In this document: positions 17,894 to 27,964 of the stretch, one piece after another
Position numbering within the stretch: position 1 is the first letter of the stretch
Layout: the number at the start of each line of letters is the position of its first letter
From: Candidatus Thalassarchaeum sp.
Lineage (GTDB): Archaea > Thermoplasmatota > Poseidoniia > Poseidoniales > Thalassarchaeaceae
Direction: 5' to 3'
Length of the DNA stretch: 39,629 bases
Assembly (NCBI GenBank): GCA_022451235.1
Contig: JAKUOA010000004.1
Coordinates: forward strand, 3,366-42,994
Notes under the pieces: model-generated
Seen by the model: only the letters and a program-made list of their open reading frames with translations
The model's database searches: none
What the model was told of the DNA's origin: nothing
Translations under genes and position numbers: made by a program

Positions 17894-18553
17894 CTAATTC
17901 GCTAACCTTCTTGCACATTCTTCAAGGCTTTCACCTTCATTTCTAAGTCCTCGAATATAGTTCGGAATAGATGAATTAGAATTTTCCAAATCCCTCAGAT
18001 CTCCTATCCACTCTAATTCGGTTTTTACCTTCTCAGAGTTTTCTTGCCATTCGTGAACACTCCAAACAGAACATCCCGACTCGTCATCACTCTGGACTTG
18101 TTTGAACCAAGGAATGACTTGTGGTTCTCGAACTAAATCGTGTCTTTGCACGAATCTAACAATGCAGTCATCCTTGACGAACTTCCATCCAGCATTTTGA
18201 AGCCAATCTTCCGATAAATCATCTTCTGCCCCTAATTGAAACCAAATTAGAGGAGGAGATTCATAGTTTCTAATCAGAAGTTTTCTTATTGCCTCTCTTG
18301 CCCTTTCAGGCGCAAGAAATAGCACAACAATCTCAGGTCCAATTCCGTCCTCAATCATAGGCCTAATTGGGTATCCAGAAATGCTAGTACCGGCATCCTT
18401 AGGATGTATTGGAATAGGATTCCATCCTCTCTCAGATAGGTCCTTAACAGCCGAATTAGCAGGTTTTTCTGAATTCAATCCAGCACCCAGAATATGAACA
18501 AATTCAGTTTGTAAAACCAAATTAATTAGTTGATTGGAATCGTGCACACGCAT
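17894..18553 (-). CDS. CoA-binding domain protein (YccU-like) with C-terminal extension
   Basis: HILGAG…KPA, PIHP, IWFQLGAE, VKDDCIV. Confidence 0.8.
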   Translation of the reverse strand: MRVHDSNQLINLVLQTEFVHILGAGLNSEKPANSAVKDLSERGWNPIPIHPKDAGTSISGYPIRPMIEDGIGPEIVVLFLAPERAREAIRKLLIRNYESPPLIWFQLGAEDDLSEDWLQNAGWKFVKDDCIVRFVQRHDLVREPQVIPWFKQVQSDDESGCSVWSVHEWQENSEKVKTELEWIGDLRDLENSNSSIPNYIRGLRNEGESLEECARRLAN

Positions 18554-18608
18554 ACTCAGACAATACCCTAACTTATGCAGATTATATCAAATTCTGTATA
18601 GGCATAAT

Positions 18609-19901
18609 CTATAATTCACTGTAGTAATCAATTGCTACTTCATTGAGTCTTTCTCTAGCCTTTTGCTCATCCACAGTTAATGTAATTCCATCCCTTCGTA
18701 ATGCTTCTCCATCGACTAAGACATCCATTACTTTACCGCCAGAATATAGCAAGTTAGGAAGTAATCTCCGACCATCTTTTCCAATAGGTGACATTCGTAT
18801 ATCATTGAGGTCCCAAGTAATCCAATCCTTGGAATCTTTAGTCGATAGACGCCAGGTTTCTTCTGGACTTAAAACTCGAGCATTCCAATGATCATGCTTC
18901 TGAATCAAACTGGCCGTTTTTGCTTCCGCACGCATATCTAGAGAATTATTGCTGGCGGAACCATCAGTTCCCAAGCGAATATCCACCTTTGCTTCCTTCA
19001 TTGCGGGGTATGACATAGTGCCGCCACAGGCGAGTTTCTGGTTGGAGGTTGGGCAATGAACAGCATGCGCTCCATGCCCTGCTAGAATTCTCATCTCCTT
19101 CTTTGTCACCCAGCCACAATGAGCACAAACAGTGCTTCCCTCTTCTGCATCTTGGAAGTAGCCTATGGAGTCGAGATATTCGATAGGATACATTCCATGT
19201 TCAGCGTGGCAGTCTGCAACTTCCTTGCGAGTCTCAGAGGTGTGTATATGCAACATAGAACCCGTTTTCTTTGCTAGTTCTGAACCCTTGAGTAAAGTAT
19301 CCTCATCGCAGACATATACTGAATGCGTACCTACTCCGTATTCGATTCGCCCCGGTCTAGGGGATGGGCCTGTAATCAAACCCTCCATGTATCGTAATGC
19401 ATCTCCTGAACCAGGTTCGAAGTTAGGAGTTAATCCATCTGTAATTGGGCCACATAAAGCAGCTCTAACGCCAGTATCGGCTAATGTCTCACCTATCGTT
19501 TGAGTATGGAAGTACATGTCACAAGCAAATGTGGTCCCAGTCGCGATCATTTCTGCGGCAGCCGCTTTTGTACCAACTCTGATTAAATCCTCAGTCAATT
19601 TCTTCTCAACAGGAAAAATAGCACTTTCTAACCATTCCATTAGGGGCAATCCTTCGCCCATTCCTCTGTTGAGAATCATCGGAAGATGTGTGTGCCAGTT
19701 TTGGAAAGAACGTGTAATGATTCGGCCAGATCCATCAATTGTTTCTAGAACATCCTCGTCACCTTTACTAATCGACCATGAACCATCATCATGAAGGATG
19801 AAATCGCCGTGCTGCGGACTACAATCATGGTCCATGAGCCAAGCATTGGTATATCGGCGCGAGCCGATTCGCCCCAAACCCCGGTCACTTGACATAGTCA
19901 T
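18609..19901 (-). CDS. amidohydrolase, MTA/SAH deaminase-like
   Basis: NWHTH, DMYF, HSVY, HIHTSE, AHC, HCPTSNQKLA, GTDGSASNNSLD. Confidence 0.88.
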   Translation of the reverse strand: MTMSSDRGLGRIGSRRYTNAWLMDHDCSPQHGDFILHDDGSWSISKGDEDVLETIDGSGRIITRSFQNWHTHLPMILNRGMGEGLPLMEWLESAIFPVEKKLTEDLIRVGTKAAAAEMIATGTTFACDMYFHTQTIGETLADTGVRAALCGPITDGLTPNFEPGSGDALRYMEGLITGPSPRPGRIEYGVGTHSVYVCDEDTLLKGSELAKKTGSMLHIHTSETRKEVADCHAEHGMYPIEYLDSIGYFQDAEEGSTVCAHCGWVTKKEMRILAGHGAHAVHCPTSNQKLACGGTMSYPAMKEAKVDIRLGTDGSASNNSLDMRAEAKTASLIQKHDHWNARVLSPEETWRLSTKDSKDWITWDLNDIRMSPIGKDGRRLLPNLLYSGGKVMDVLVDGEALRRDGITLTVDEQKARERLNEVAIDYYSEL

Positions 19902-19958
19902 CCTCGCTTTGATGGCAGAGGTGGTTTTGACTCAAGGTTTCCCTCAACTCCAATTCAA

Positions 19959-20642
19959 TTAGTTTGAACGAGTAGGCATGAATGGGATTAGTTTAGCAGC
20001 TAGAGCACCGAAATCTCTAGTCTGAATGTATACCTTACCTTGCCCGTTGAATTTCATTACCAATCCTTCTCCACCAAGTAAAGCAGACCCTAATCCTCCG
20101 ACCTTTCCCACAGTGTAGCTTACACCATCTGTAAATGCCACGACGTGGCCAGTGTCAACGACTACTTCTTGTCCATTGATTTCTAGTTCTTTCAGCGCAC
20201 CGTACGAAGTGTAGAATACTGTACCTGTTCCTTCAGTTACGCTAGCGCGGAGAAAGAACACACTTTCTCCTGTGAAGAATCCCTTTGCGCCCTGGAACTT
20301 TGTGTCAGTCTCAACATTAGCGGTGCTAGCAATGAATGCTCCACCCTGCATAAACAGAGTCTGTCCTGGTCCCAGTTCGAAAGAAGAAATGTCTCCTGGT
20401 GCCCCTGGTGCAAGAGAGACCCAACCATCTCCATTGGATGTGTATGTGTTTAGGATGAACGATTCCCCACCTACTACGCTCTTCATCAATCCCTTGAAGA
20501 AGCCGCCGGACATTCCGGACTTCATATCGACATTAGAGGACTGGGCAACCATTGCCCCTGGCTCTACTTTCAATTGCTCTCCATTAGAGAGGTTTACGGT
20601 CATCAGTGTGAATGCTGGTCCAAATTCGAACTCATGTTGCAT
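19959..20642 (-). CDS. AIM24/TIGR00266 (DUF124) family protein
   Basis: VEPGAMVA, GGESF, APGDI, VDTGHVVAF, GGEGLV, VYIQTR; probable start ATG 20642. Confidence 0.88.
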   Translation of the reverse strand: MQHEFEFGPAFTLMTVNLSNGEQLKVEPGAMVAQSSNVDMKSGMSGGFFKGLMKSVVGGESFILNTYTSNGDGWVSLAPGAPGDISSFELGPGQTLFMQGGAFIASTANVETDTKFQGAKGFFTGESVFFLRASVTEGTGTVFYTSYGALKELEINGQEVVVDTGHVVAFTDGVSYTVGKVGGLGSALLGGEGLVMKFNGQGKVYIQTRDFGALAAKLIPFMPTRSN

Positions 20643-20710
20643 GAAATAACCGCAAAAATAGTCATTTTTAGATTCATGGGGGGATAGGAGTAAACAATTC
20701 CACCAGAATA

Positions 20711-21322
20711 TTATCCATTTACGACGCACTGCGCCCTCAAAGTACTGACTACCTCACCTTTTTGATTGGTCAAATACGCTTCAACAATATCGCCCTTGTA
20801 CATCGGTCCAACTCCAGCGGGTGTTCCGGTCCAAACTAAATCTCCGGGTGAAAGATCATACCAACCAGACAGATGCTCAACCAGTTCTTCAACAGAATGA
20901 ATCATCAAAGATGTTGGCGCATCTTGTTTGGTTTCACCATTTACTTTCATAGTGACTTGAAAGACACCCTTTTCGTATCGTGTCCAGGTGCCCAAAACAC
21001 CACTTCCCCGGAATGCCTTACCTTCAGTCCATGGCCATCGTTTATTCTTCGCAATGGTTTGCCTTGTTCGGTTAGTTGTGTCGCATCCTATGCACATCCC
21101 CTCGGGTTGCAAATCATCTCCCAATCGAATGACTAGTTCTGCTTCGTGGTCAATGTGATCGTCCTCGTTCATCAACTCGATTACATTATTTCCATTTTCA
21201 TCGGCCTCAACATGCGCTCTTGCGGGCTTTAGGAAGAATCTAGGGTATTCTTCAGAGATATCTCCACCTATTTCTTCTGCGTGCCCGGCGTAATTTCTGA
21301 AACAGCACCATCCTAGTCCCAT
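20711..21322 (-). CDS. fumarylacetoacetate hydrolase (FAH) family protein
   Basis: RNYAGHAEE, FFLKP, DHEAEL, PWTEGK, GDLVWTGTPAGVGP. Confidence 0.9.
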   Translation of the reverse strand: MGLGWCCFRNYAGHAEEIGGDISEEYPRFFLKPARAHVEADENGNNVIELMNEDDHIDHEAELVIRLGDDLQPEGMCIGCDTTNRTRQTIAKNKRWPWTEGKAFRGSGVLGTWTRYEKGVFQVTMKVNGETKQDAPTSLMIHSVEELVEHLSGWYDLSPGDLVWTGTPAGVGPMYKGDIVEAYLTNQKGEVVSTLRAQCVVNG

Positions 21323-21420
21323 ATTACAATCGTGCAGGCAATCAGCCTTGAGCGATACGGTGGCCTAACCTTAGTTTTCGTCACGAGGATTCAAGGAGGT
21401 GTGATGTCCGATTAGCATCG

Positions 21421-22419
21421 ATGGCCGATGATCCTTACCGAGTCCTAGGTGTCCAAAAGGACGCTACTGATGCGGAGATAAAGCGGACTTACCGCAAATT
21501 GGCAAGACAACATCACCCTGATAGAAACCCAGACGATGCCGCTGCTGAAGAGAGATTCAAGGCTATTCAAGCGGCTTACGACCAGATTGGTACAGCCGCA
21601 GCCCGAAAGGAGTATGACCAGCAGAGAAGAATGGAGGAAATGTTTGCTCGAGGAGGTAATCCATTCTCTGGATTTGGTGGTGGAGGTGGAGGCTTTCGAA
21701 GCGGAGGATTCAGTGGTGGTCAAGGCTTCGATTTCTCAGATATTTTTAGTCAATTCATGGGTGGGATGGGAGGTACTGAACAACAATTCCAACAACAAAA
21801 TAGGCAGCAACGCCGCCCTCCTCAATCACCACCTTTACGTCGAGGTCCAGATATTGAGGCCGGAATTGATATTACCCTAGAACAGGCTCTCAGTGGCACA
21901 AAAATAGAGTTTGGGCATCGTCGATTAAGAATCTGTGAAAGTTGTGAAGGTAAATCATTTAACTCACCAAAAACGTGTGCTAAATGTTCCGGTAAAGGCG
22001 TCGAATCACGATCTTCAACAATCACAGTAAGCATCCCTTCAGGTGCTCAGCATGGTCAACAATTGCGCCTTAAAAAAATGGGTCATGAACATCCTCAAGG
22101 AGAGGCAGGGGACTTGCTAATCACAATTCGGCTAGATGCCGAAGAAGGCCGTCGTTGGGAAGGCGGTAGGCTGATTCAAGAAGTCCCGGTTACTTACTCT
22201 ACTTTGATGCTAGGAGGTGCAGTTAGGATACGTACTCCAGCAGGTAAGCGAGTGCAAATTGAGGTAGTTGAAGGTACACGGATTGGTGATCGTCGCCGAC
22301 TTGGTGGTCACGGTCATGACGGTGGGCCTCTAGATATCGAGTTCATTCTGGCCGAGCCAGAAAAAGTCAGTAAGGAACAGAAAGAGGCACTTGACCGATT
22401 GAAAGAATCTGGGCTCTGA
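21421..22419 (+). CDS. DnaJ-family chaperone (J domain, G/F region, reduced Zn finger, C-terminal domain)
   Basis: DPYRVLGV…HHPDRNP; G/F-rich tract; only two CxxC motifs (CESCEGK, CAKCSGKG). Confidence 0.9.
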   Translation: MADDPYRVLGVQKDATDAEIKRTYRKLARQHHPDRNPDDAAAEERFKAIQAAYDQIGTAAARKEYDQQRRMEEMFARGGNPFSGFGGGGGGFRSGGFSGGQGFDFSDIFSQFMGGMGGTEQQFQQQNRQQRRPPQSPPLRRGPDIEAGIDITLEQALSGTKIEFGHRRLRICESCEGKSFNSPKTCAKCSGKGVESRSSTITVSIPSGAQHGQQLRLKKMGHEHPQGEAGDLLITIRLDAEEGRRWEGGRLIQEVPVTYSTLMLGGAVRIRTPAGKRVQIEVVEGTRIGDRRRLGGHGHDGGPLDIEFILAEPEKVSKEQKEALDRLKESGL

Positions 22420-22459
22420 TTAAACATCAATTAAAAAACGCACTTTTTGCGCCAGTGGT

Positions 22460-25400
22460 ATGCGAGAAGTCAGAGATTTTGGGAAAGTTGCTGACGTTCT
22501 ACTCCCTCGTAGTTTCAAATTGCATGCCGCAGTCTTAGCAATTAGTCTATTCATGATTCCCGGATTAATCGCCAGCCTCACACCCATTGATGTCCAGTCC
22601 TACGACATGGAGTCTCCTGAATTAACCGCAAACCAGGTTGTAAATGAGCAATTCGAAGCGGCTGAGAAGACACATGGATTTGCGGTATCGGTGAGGAGTA
22701 ATGAGGCCATTTTGGCAGGTAACTCTGCCCCTCACTTCATTGATTCAGGAGACATAGATTATGCCAATCTTCCTCACCCTTCCGAACGCCTACCCTTCCA
22801 AGGTACTAGTGCAGGTTTGGTGGGAGATGATATTCCGATTGGTGGTATCCTTAATCTCACAGTACTCAGGGAGATAGAATCGAAAACAGAAATTGCAAGT
22901 TCTCACTATCTCTTGAATTACACAAGGCCTCTCGTAACAGAACTCACTGGAACAGGATTCATGGGGCCTATGTCTCTTCCCGATATTCTTCGTGCTTTCA
23001 TGGCCGGAGAGTCATTGTTAACCCAACCGACGGTGAATGTGTTCGGCATCCCACAACCTCCAAAGACAAATTGGGAAGATTGCGGAGTCCTAGAATGTCT
23101 GACGTACGATGATCCAAACGTTACCCAAGATCACATCGACTTAGCAGCCCACAGAATGATAATGAATTCTGATGGAGCTATGTTGAGATGGTTTTCGACA
23201 GATAGAGGTTTTACTCACGATGAAAACAGTACTCTGATTGGACCAATAGGAGGAACAATTCGAGAAGACGGAACCTTCGACGAAGATGTTACTTGGGGTC
23301 CAGGCCGATGGTCATCATCAACAACATGGATATTGATTCAACTCAGTCGTACTGATTTAGAAGAGAATGGAATTACATACTATTGGGCGGATGCAGAAAA
23401 TCAAAGGAATGGCTACGAATTTGAGGGATTGAATTTAGTTACAACACCACCTCAGTATTCTGTAACTGATTGCAGGGAAGCGAAGGAATCTGGAGATGAA
23501 CTTTGCAGCTTTGAATGGGCAATAATCGATCTCGAAAAGCAAATGCGTACAACCGATCAACTGTCAGTTACCTTTTCCATTAACGAAGGTGTTAATGTAG
23601 AATTGAATCGTGAATTGCTTGAGTCAAGTCTTCTGCTTATTGCAATGGCCATTGCGATTACTATTCTCTTGTGGTTCAGTCTCAGAAGAGCCTCAGATGT
23701 CGTGATTGTGGGAGCAACGCTACTTTTTGCTCTCCTTTGGATGCAAGGGTCAATCGGTTGGATGATGGTACTAGGAGAACGGTATGGATTCAAGATAATC
23801 AGCAAGAGCCAATTTTCCAATCTTCTTCCGATATTGGTAATTGCTCTCGGTATCGATGACAGTCTACACGCCCTACACAGATACAAGGAAGAAAGGAGAC
23901 AAGGAAGAACGCCCGAGCAATCTGCTCACGCCTCTCTATCCCGAGTCGGCAGAGCGATTATGCTTACATCATTCACAACCATGTCTGCGTTTGCTGCAAA
24001 CTTGACTTCTGATATCGCCGCTCTCCGCTCATTCGGTGTCGAGGCGGCGCTTGGAGTTGCGGCAGCTTTCATCCTAACAGGAATTTGGGCACCACTAATC
24101 AGAATGGATTGGGATAAATACCTTCGAGAGAAAGGAAAGTTACCAGAAGAAGAAGAAGGCATAGTTCACATGATAAGTGAAGAAAAATTAGTTAAAATTG
24201 CAGATAATTCTTCAAAGAATTCGGCCGTTTTACTTGTGTTAATTATGGCAATAACAGCCGTTGCAGTTCCAATGATGCTGAGTCTTGAAGGGGACTTCAA
24301 GGTCGAAGATTTCCTCGATGAAGAATCAGATTTCGCCCAGGCCGTTGAGTTAGTCAATACCAGATTTAGTGACGAGGGAGAGCCGGCGGTAGTAATTATT
24401 GAAGGTGATATGTTAGATCCTAGGGTCTTCGCAGCGATTCAGGAAACTAGGGACAATATGGCTGAACCGAGTCCTAATGATCCCGGAAAATACACCAAGA
24501 CTCCGCTAGGCACCCCTGAACTGCATGCAGTCGATGAGTTAGTTTGGGCGGCTAAGGCTAGTATGTTCGCCAATGTTACGCCATTTGTCGAAGCAGGTTG
24601 GGAATCCGACACTCTTGAATGCGACACACTACTCACAGGATTGCCCGATGATAACGACAGAGACTGTTTAAGATTCATGTATGGATTCGTGTATGTCTAT
24701 GGAGTTCCAGAAGGAGGCTACATTCCACATATTCCTCCATCATTGACGGCGCTAAATATCGCTCCTAATTGCGAAATAGACCCTGAAATGGTACATCTTT
24801 GTCGTGATGGTAGCATTCCAGAATATCCTCGAATGACACTTCGTTGGGGTATTGCAAATCCCGAGCAATTTATCGTTGTTGAACAGGTTTTAGCGGAGTT
24901 GGAAATGGATATGCAGCCATTCCAAGAATTAGCAGCACAAGGCCTATCTGAAAGAGCAGATATTAGCTCGGCGACTGAAGAATATCCAGTTACCTGGGCG
25001 ATTGCTACTGGCGACCCTGTGACTCGTTTCGTCGCTGCAAATAGTATGCAGAACCAACTACAAGGGACATTGGTTCTAGGGGTTCTATTCTGTCTTATCA
25101 CACTCTGGTGGGGGTTCCGAAAGGTCGAATATGGATTTGATGATTATTCTATTCGAGATCTTGCAGTATCTTCACCGATAATTATTGGAATAACTGGATA
25201 TGTATACCTGACAGTTAGCGTTAATCTTGCTATTGCCATTGCAATCCTTCTGGTTATTGGCGCTGGATATTGGGGCACTAGATCTCTCTCGACTGCAATC
25301 TTTACCACAATCCCAATTGTAGTTGTAATAATTTGGCTATACGCGATAATCGCAGCTGCTGGATATGGGTTGAACATGGTTACAGTAGCAATTGCCGCGA

Positions 25401-25729
25401 TGAGTCTAGGTGTAGGAATAGACTACGTTATCCACGTGGTTGAGAGGTATCGAGAGGAACGTGCAACCGGTGCTGATGTAGAGACCAGCATCAAGGCGAT
25501 TGGAGGAGCTGCAGGCCTTGCCCTGTTTGGATCAGCCGTCTCAGATGTAACAGGTTTCCTAATCATAACCCGCTCTGCAATGGGCTTCTTTGCAAGTTTC
25601 GGTCTGTTCTGTGCTGCAATGATTGGGCTTTCCTTATTCGCCAGCCTAGTCGTTACACCAGCAATGCTTGGTGCAATGTCTCGAACACGGAGCAACGAGA
25701 CTCAGCAGGTTGAAGCAGTTGGGGCTTGA
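22460..25729 (+). CDS. MMPL/RND-superfamily transporter
   Basis: Two TM bundles with ALGIDDSLH and LGVGIDYVIH motifs; large acidic extracytoplasmic loops with Cys pairs. Confidence 0.9.
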   Translation: MREVRDFGKVADVLLPRSFKLHAAVLAISLFMIPGLIASLTPIDVQSYDMESPELTANQVVNEQFEAAEKTHGFAVSVRSNEAILAGNSAPHFIDSGDIDYANLPHPSERLPFQGTSAGLVGDDIPIGGILNLTVLREIESKTEIASSHYLLNYTRPLVTELTGTGFMGPMSLPDILRAFMAGESLLTQPTVNVFGIPQPPKTNWEDCGVLECLTYDDPNVTQDHIDLAAHRMIMNSDGAMLRWFSTDRGFTHDENSTLIGPIGGTIREDGTFDEDVTWGPGRWSSSTTWILIQLSRTDLEENGITYYWADAENQRNGYEFEGLNLVTTPPQYSVTDCREAKESGDELCSFEWAIIDLEKQMRTTDQLSVTFSINEGVNVELNRELLESSLLLIAMAIAITILLWFSLRRASDVVIVGATLLFALLWMQGSIGWMMVLGERYGFKIISKSQFSNLLPILVIALGIDDSLHALHRYKEERRQGRTPEQSAHASLSRVGRAIMLTSFTTMSAFAANLTSDIAALRSFGVEAALGVAAAFILTGIWAPLIRMDWDKYLREKGKLPEEEEGIVHMISEEKLVKIADNSSKNSAVLLVLIMAITAVAVPMMLSLEGDFKVEDFLDEESDFAQAVELVNTRFSDEGEPAVVIIEGDMLDPRVFAAIQETRDNMAEPSPNDPGKYTKTPLGTPELHAVDELVWAAKASMFANVTPFVEAGWESDTLECDTLLTGLPDDNDRDCLRFMYGFVYVYGVPEGGYIPHIPPSLTALNIAPNCEIDPEMVHLCRDGSIPEYPRMTLRWGIANPEQFIVVEQVLAELEMDMQPFQELAAQGLSERADISSATEEYPVTWAIATGDPVTRFVAANSMQNQLQGTLVLGVLFCLITLWWGFRKVEYGFDDYSIRDLAVSSPIIIGITGYVYLTVSVNLAIAIAILLVIGAGYWGTRSLSTAIFTTIPIVVVIIWLYAIIAAAGYGLNMVTVAIAAMSLGVGIDYVIHVVERYREERATGADVETSIKAIGGAAGLALFGSAVSDVTGFLIITRSAMGFFASFGLFCAAMIGLSLFASLVVTPAMLGAMSRTRSNETQQVEAVGA

Positions 25730-25745
25730 CGGCTGGTCGAACCAC

Positions 25746-26072
25746 ATGGATGCTTCCGATTCGTTGACCGATCTCGAGAGAGGAAAGGAAGACTGTGTAA
25801 TGCGGTTTGCTGATGGACAAGCATTCCGAGTAGATTATCTCGATATCCGATTGGCTTGTCCTTGCGCAAAATGTGCGCCAAGACAGGAAAATGAACAGCG
25901 AATTATTGAATTCCGAGAGGAGGTCATGAGATTACGATTGGATAAGCCAAAGACGGAATTGGTGGGCCGCTATGGCTTACGATTTTCTTGGCCCACCGGC
26001 TGTTCTAGTGGTATTTTCTCTTTCTCTCTACTACGAGGCATCTGCGAAGAAAAAGCAATTTTGATTGATTAA
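25746..26072 (+). CDS. DUF971 (GBBH N-terminal-like) Zn-binding protein
   Basis: IRLACPCAKC…VGRYGLRFSW…SSGIFSF; probable start ATG 25746. Confidence 0.85.
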   Translation: MDASDSLTDLERGKEDCVMRFADGQAFRVDYLDIRLACPCAKCAPRQENEQRIIEFREEVMRLRLDKPKTELVGRYGLRFSWPTGCSSGIFSFSLLRGICEEKAILID

Positions 26073-26146
26073 TTTGGACAGAAGCGCTCAAAGGTAACCC
26101 TTGATTCCGCAAATCATCGCAATGTGGGATTCCCTCCCTTGTTGCG

Positions 26147-27589
26147 GTGGGTGATTCAATGACCCGAGATGAGCCAGAGGCCGATGAGACTACGCCTGAA
26201 GAAGAAGAGTGGCAACTCTACGCAACGGCTGGTTATGCTGCCGCAGAAGATCCTTGGGACGACCTCGTCGAAGTTCAAGACGAGGAAGAGCAAGAAGAGG
26301 AATGGTTCGATGGTGATGACTTCGAAACCAATGGGCAAACTTTGGATTGGGATTCCCCCCCTTGTCCAACTCCATTAGGTATAGCTCACATGATTCGACT
26401 CGGTACGTGTAATCACTGCTTACACCGAGTTAGCGGACGTCGTACTGAAGAAATCGGAGAAAAGGGAGGCGAATATCTTCGTGCTGAAGCATTTGCTAGA
26501 GACAAGGAATTGGAATCATTCGAGGCGCCCGATCTATGTCCACTTTGCGAGAATCTCTTCGAAGATGTCGATAATATCGTTGAAAGAATAGTCGAACAAA
26601 CCGGAGAACTCGATCATGGCTCATTACAAATTGGAGTTCATATTCCTAAAGATCTAATTCAGGAAGAAGATAGAATTCGTACTCGTCATGCAGCACCTGG
26701 TTCTCGACCGTTGAAAGCGGCATTTTCAGAATCGGTTCAGAAAGGAGTTGCTGCCCGAATGGAAGGTGTTGAATTCGTTAAAGAACGACCCGATTTAATG
26801 ATTTTAATCGATTGTTTAACCCTAAGAGTCGATGTTGATATTCGTCCGGTATTCATCTACGGTCGCTATCGAAAGTTGAGTCGAGGAATACCTCAAACCC
26901 GCTGGCCTTGCCGCTCTTGCCGTGGCCGTCCAGAGGGTTGTGAAGCCTGTGAAGGAACAGGGCTGCAATACCCTGATTCTGTGCAAGATCTAATCGGCGA
27001 ACCATTCCGGCTAGTTTTGTCTGCAGAAAACACCTCATTCCATGGAATGGGGCGAGAAGACATCGATGTTCGTTGTTTAGGAAGAGGCCGCCCCTTTGTC
27101 CTAGAAGTAAAGCGCCCAAAGGTCCGCCGCACAGATCTGGAGGAAGTTATGAAAGCAGTCAACTCAAACGGTGCGGATAAAATCGAGATTAGTGATTTGC
27201 GTTGGACGAACCGAAGCGAAGTTAGTAGGGTGAAAGAAACCCGAGCAGACAAGTCCTACACAATTCGTTTCTCCGTTGAAGAGCCACCGGAGGAATCGTT
27301 CATCATTGAATCAATTTCCAAACTATCTGGAGTCACTTTGGAACAACAAACACCGAAGAGAGTCTCTCACCGCAGAGCGGACCTAACTCGCAAGCGTAAG
27401 GTAGTCTCAATCGACAATGTTGCAGTTGAAGACAGCGAAGTACAATTTTCGGTGCGCTGCGAGGCTGGAACTTACGTCAAGGAGCTAGTACATTCCGACG
27501 AAGGTAGAACCGTTCCATCAGTAGCGGGTGTTTTGGGAAGTCCCTGTGAAGTAATTTGGCTAGATGTTGAGGATATCCACGCTGACTGA
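26147..27589 (+). CDS. pus10: tRNA pseudouridine(54/55) synthase Pus10
   Basis: GRYRKLSRGIPQTRWPC, HGMGREDIDVR, GRPFVLE, QQTPKRVSHRRAD, GTYVKELV. Confidence 0.95.
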   Translation: MGDSMTRDEPEADETTPEEEEWQLYATAGYAAAEDPWDDLVEVQDEEEQEEEWFDGDDFETNGQTLDWDSPPCPTPLGIAHMIRLGTCNHCLHRVSGRRTEEIGEKGGEYLRAEAFARDKELESFEAPDLCPLCENLFEDVDNIVERIVEQTGELDHGSLQIGVHIPKDLIQEEDRIRTRHAAPGSRPLKAAFSESVQKGVAARMEGVEFVKERPDLMILIDCLTLRVDVDIRPVFIYGRYRKLSRGIPQTRWPCRSCRGRPEGCEACEGTGLQYPDSVQDLIGEPFRLVLSAENTSFHGMGREDIDVRCLGRGRPFVLEVKRPKVRRTDLEEVMKAVNSNGADKIEISDLRWTNRSEVSRVKETRADKSYTIRFSVEEPPEESFIIESISKLSGVTLEQQTPKRVSHRRADLTRKRKVVSIDNVAVEDSEVQFSVRCEAGTYVKELVHSDEGRTVPSVAGVLGSPCEVIWLDVEDIHAD

Positions 27590-27668
27590 AGCCCAAAGGG
27601 CTCAGATGGGCTTAAGAATGGGCGGTAGGTCGACCGCTCGCACGACCTATGGTCGAGGGGTGAAAATA

Positions 27669-27959
27669 ATGCGCCGAAGTCACGGAACTCGTCAAGGAAC
27701 TCGCAGTATTCTACGTCGGTCCAAAACCCAGCGTAGTCGGATTAATATCGCTCGAGTAATGCACCAATATGAGATTGGTGATAGAGTTTCAGTCGTGCTT
27801 GATGGTTCCCAGCAAAAGGGTATGCCTCACCGTAGATTCCAAGGAGCTACAGGCGTAATTGAAGCCAAGCAAGGCCGAGCGTGGGTAGTTACTCTACACG
27901 ATAAGAATATGGCAAAGACCGTTATAGCTCGCCCAGAGCACCTACACCCATTGGAGTGA
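27669..27959 (+). CDS. rpl21e: 50S ribosomal protein L21e
   Basis: RSHGTRQGTR, KGMPHRRFQGATG, RPEHL; ATG 27669 follows a GGGGTGA SD. Confidence 0.95.
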   Translation: MRRSHGTRQGTRSILRRSKTQRSRINIARVMHQYEIGDRVSVVLDGSQQKGMPHRRFQGATGVIEAKQGRAWVVTLHDKNMAKTVIARPEHLHPLE

Positions 27960-27964
27960 TTTAC

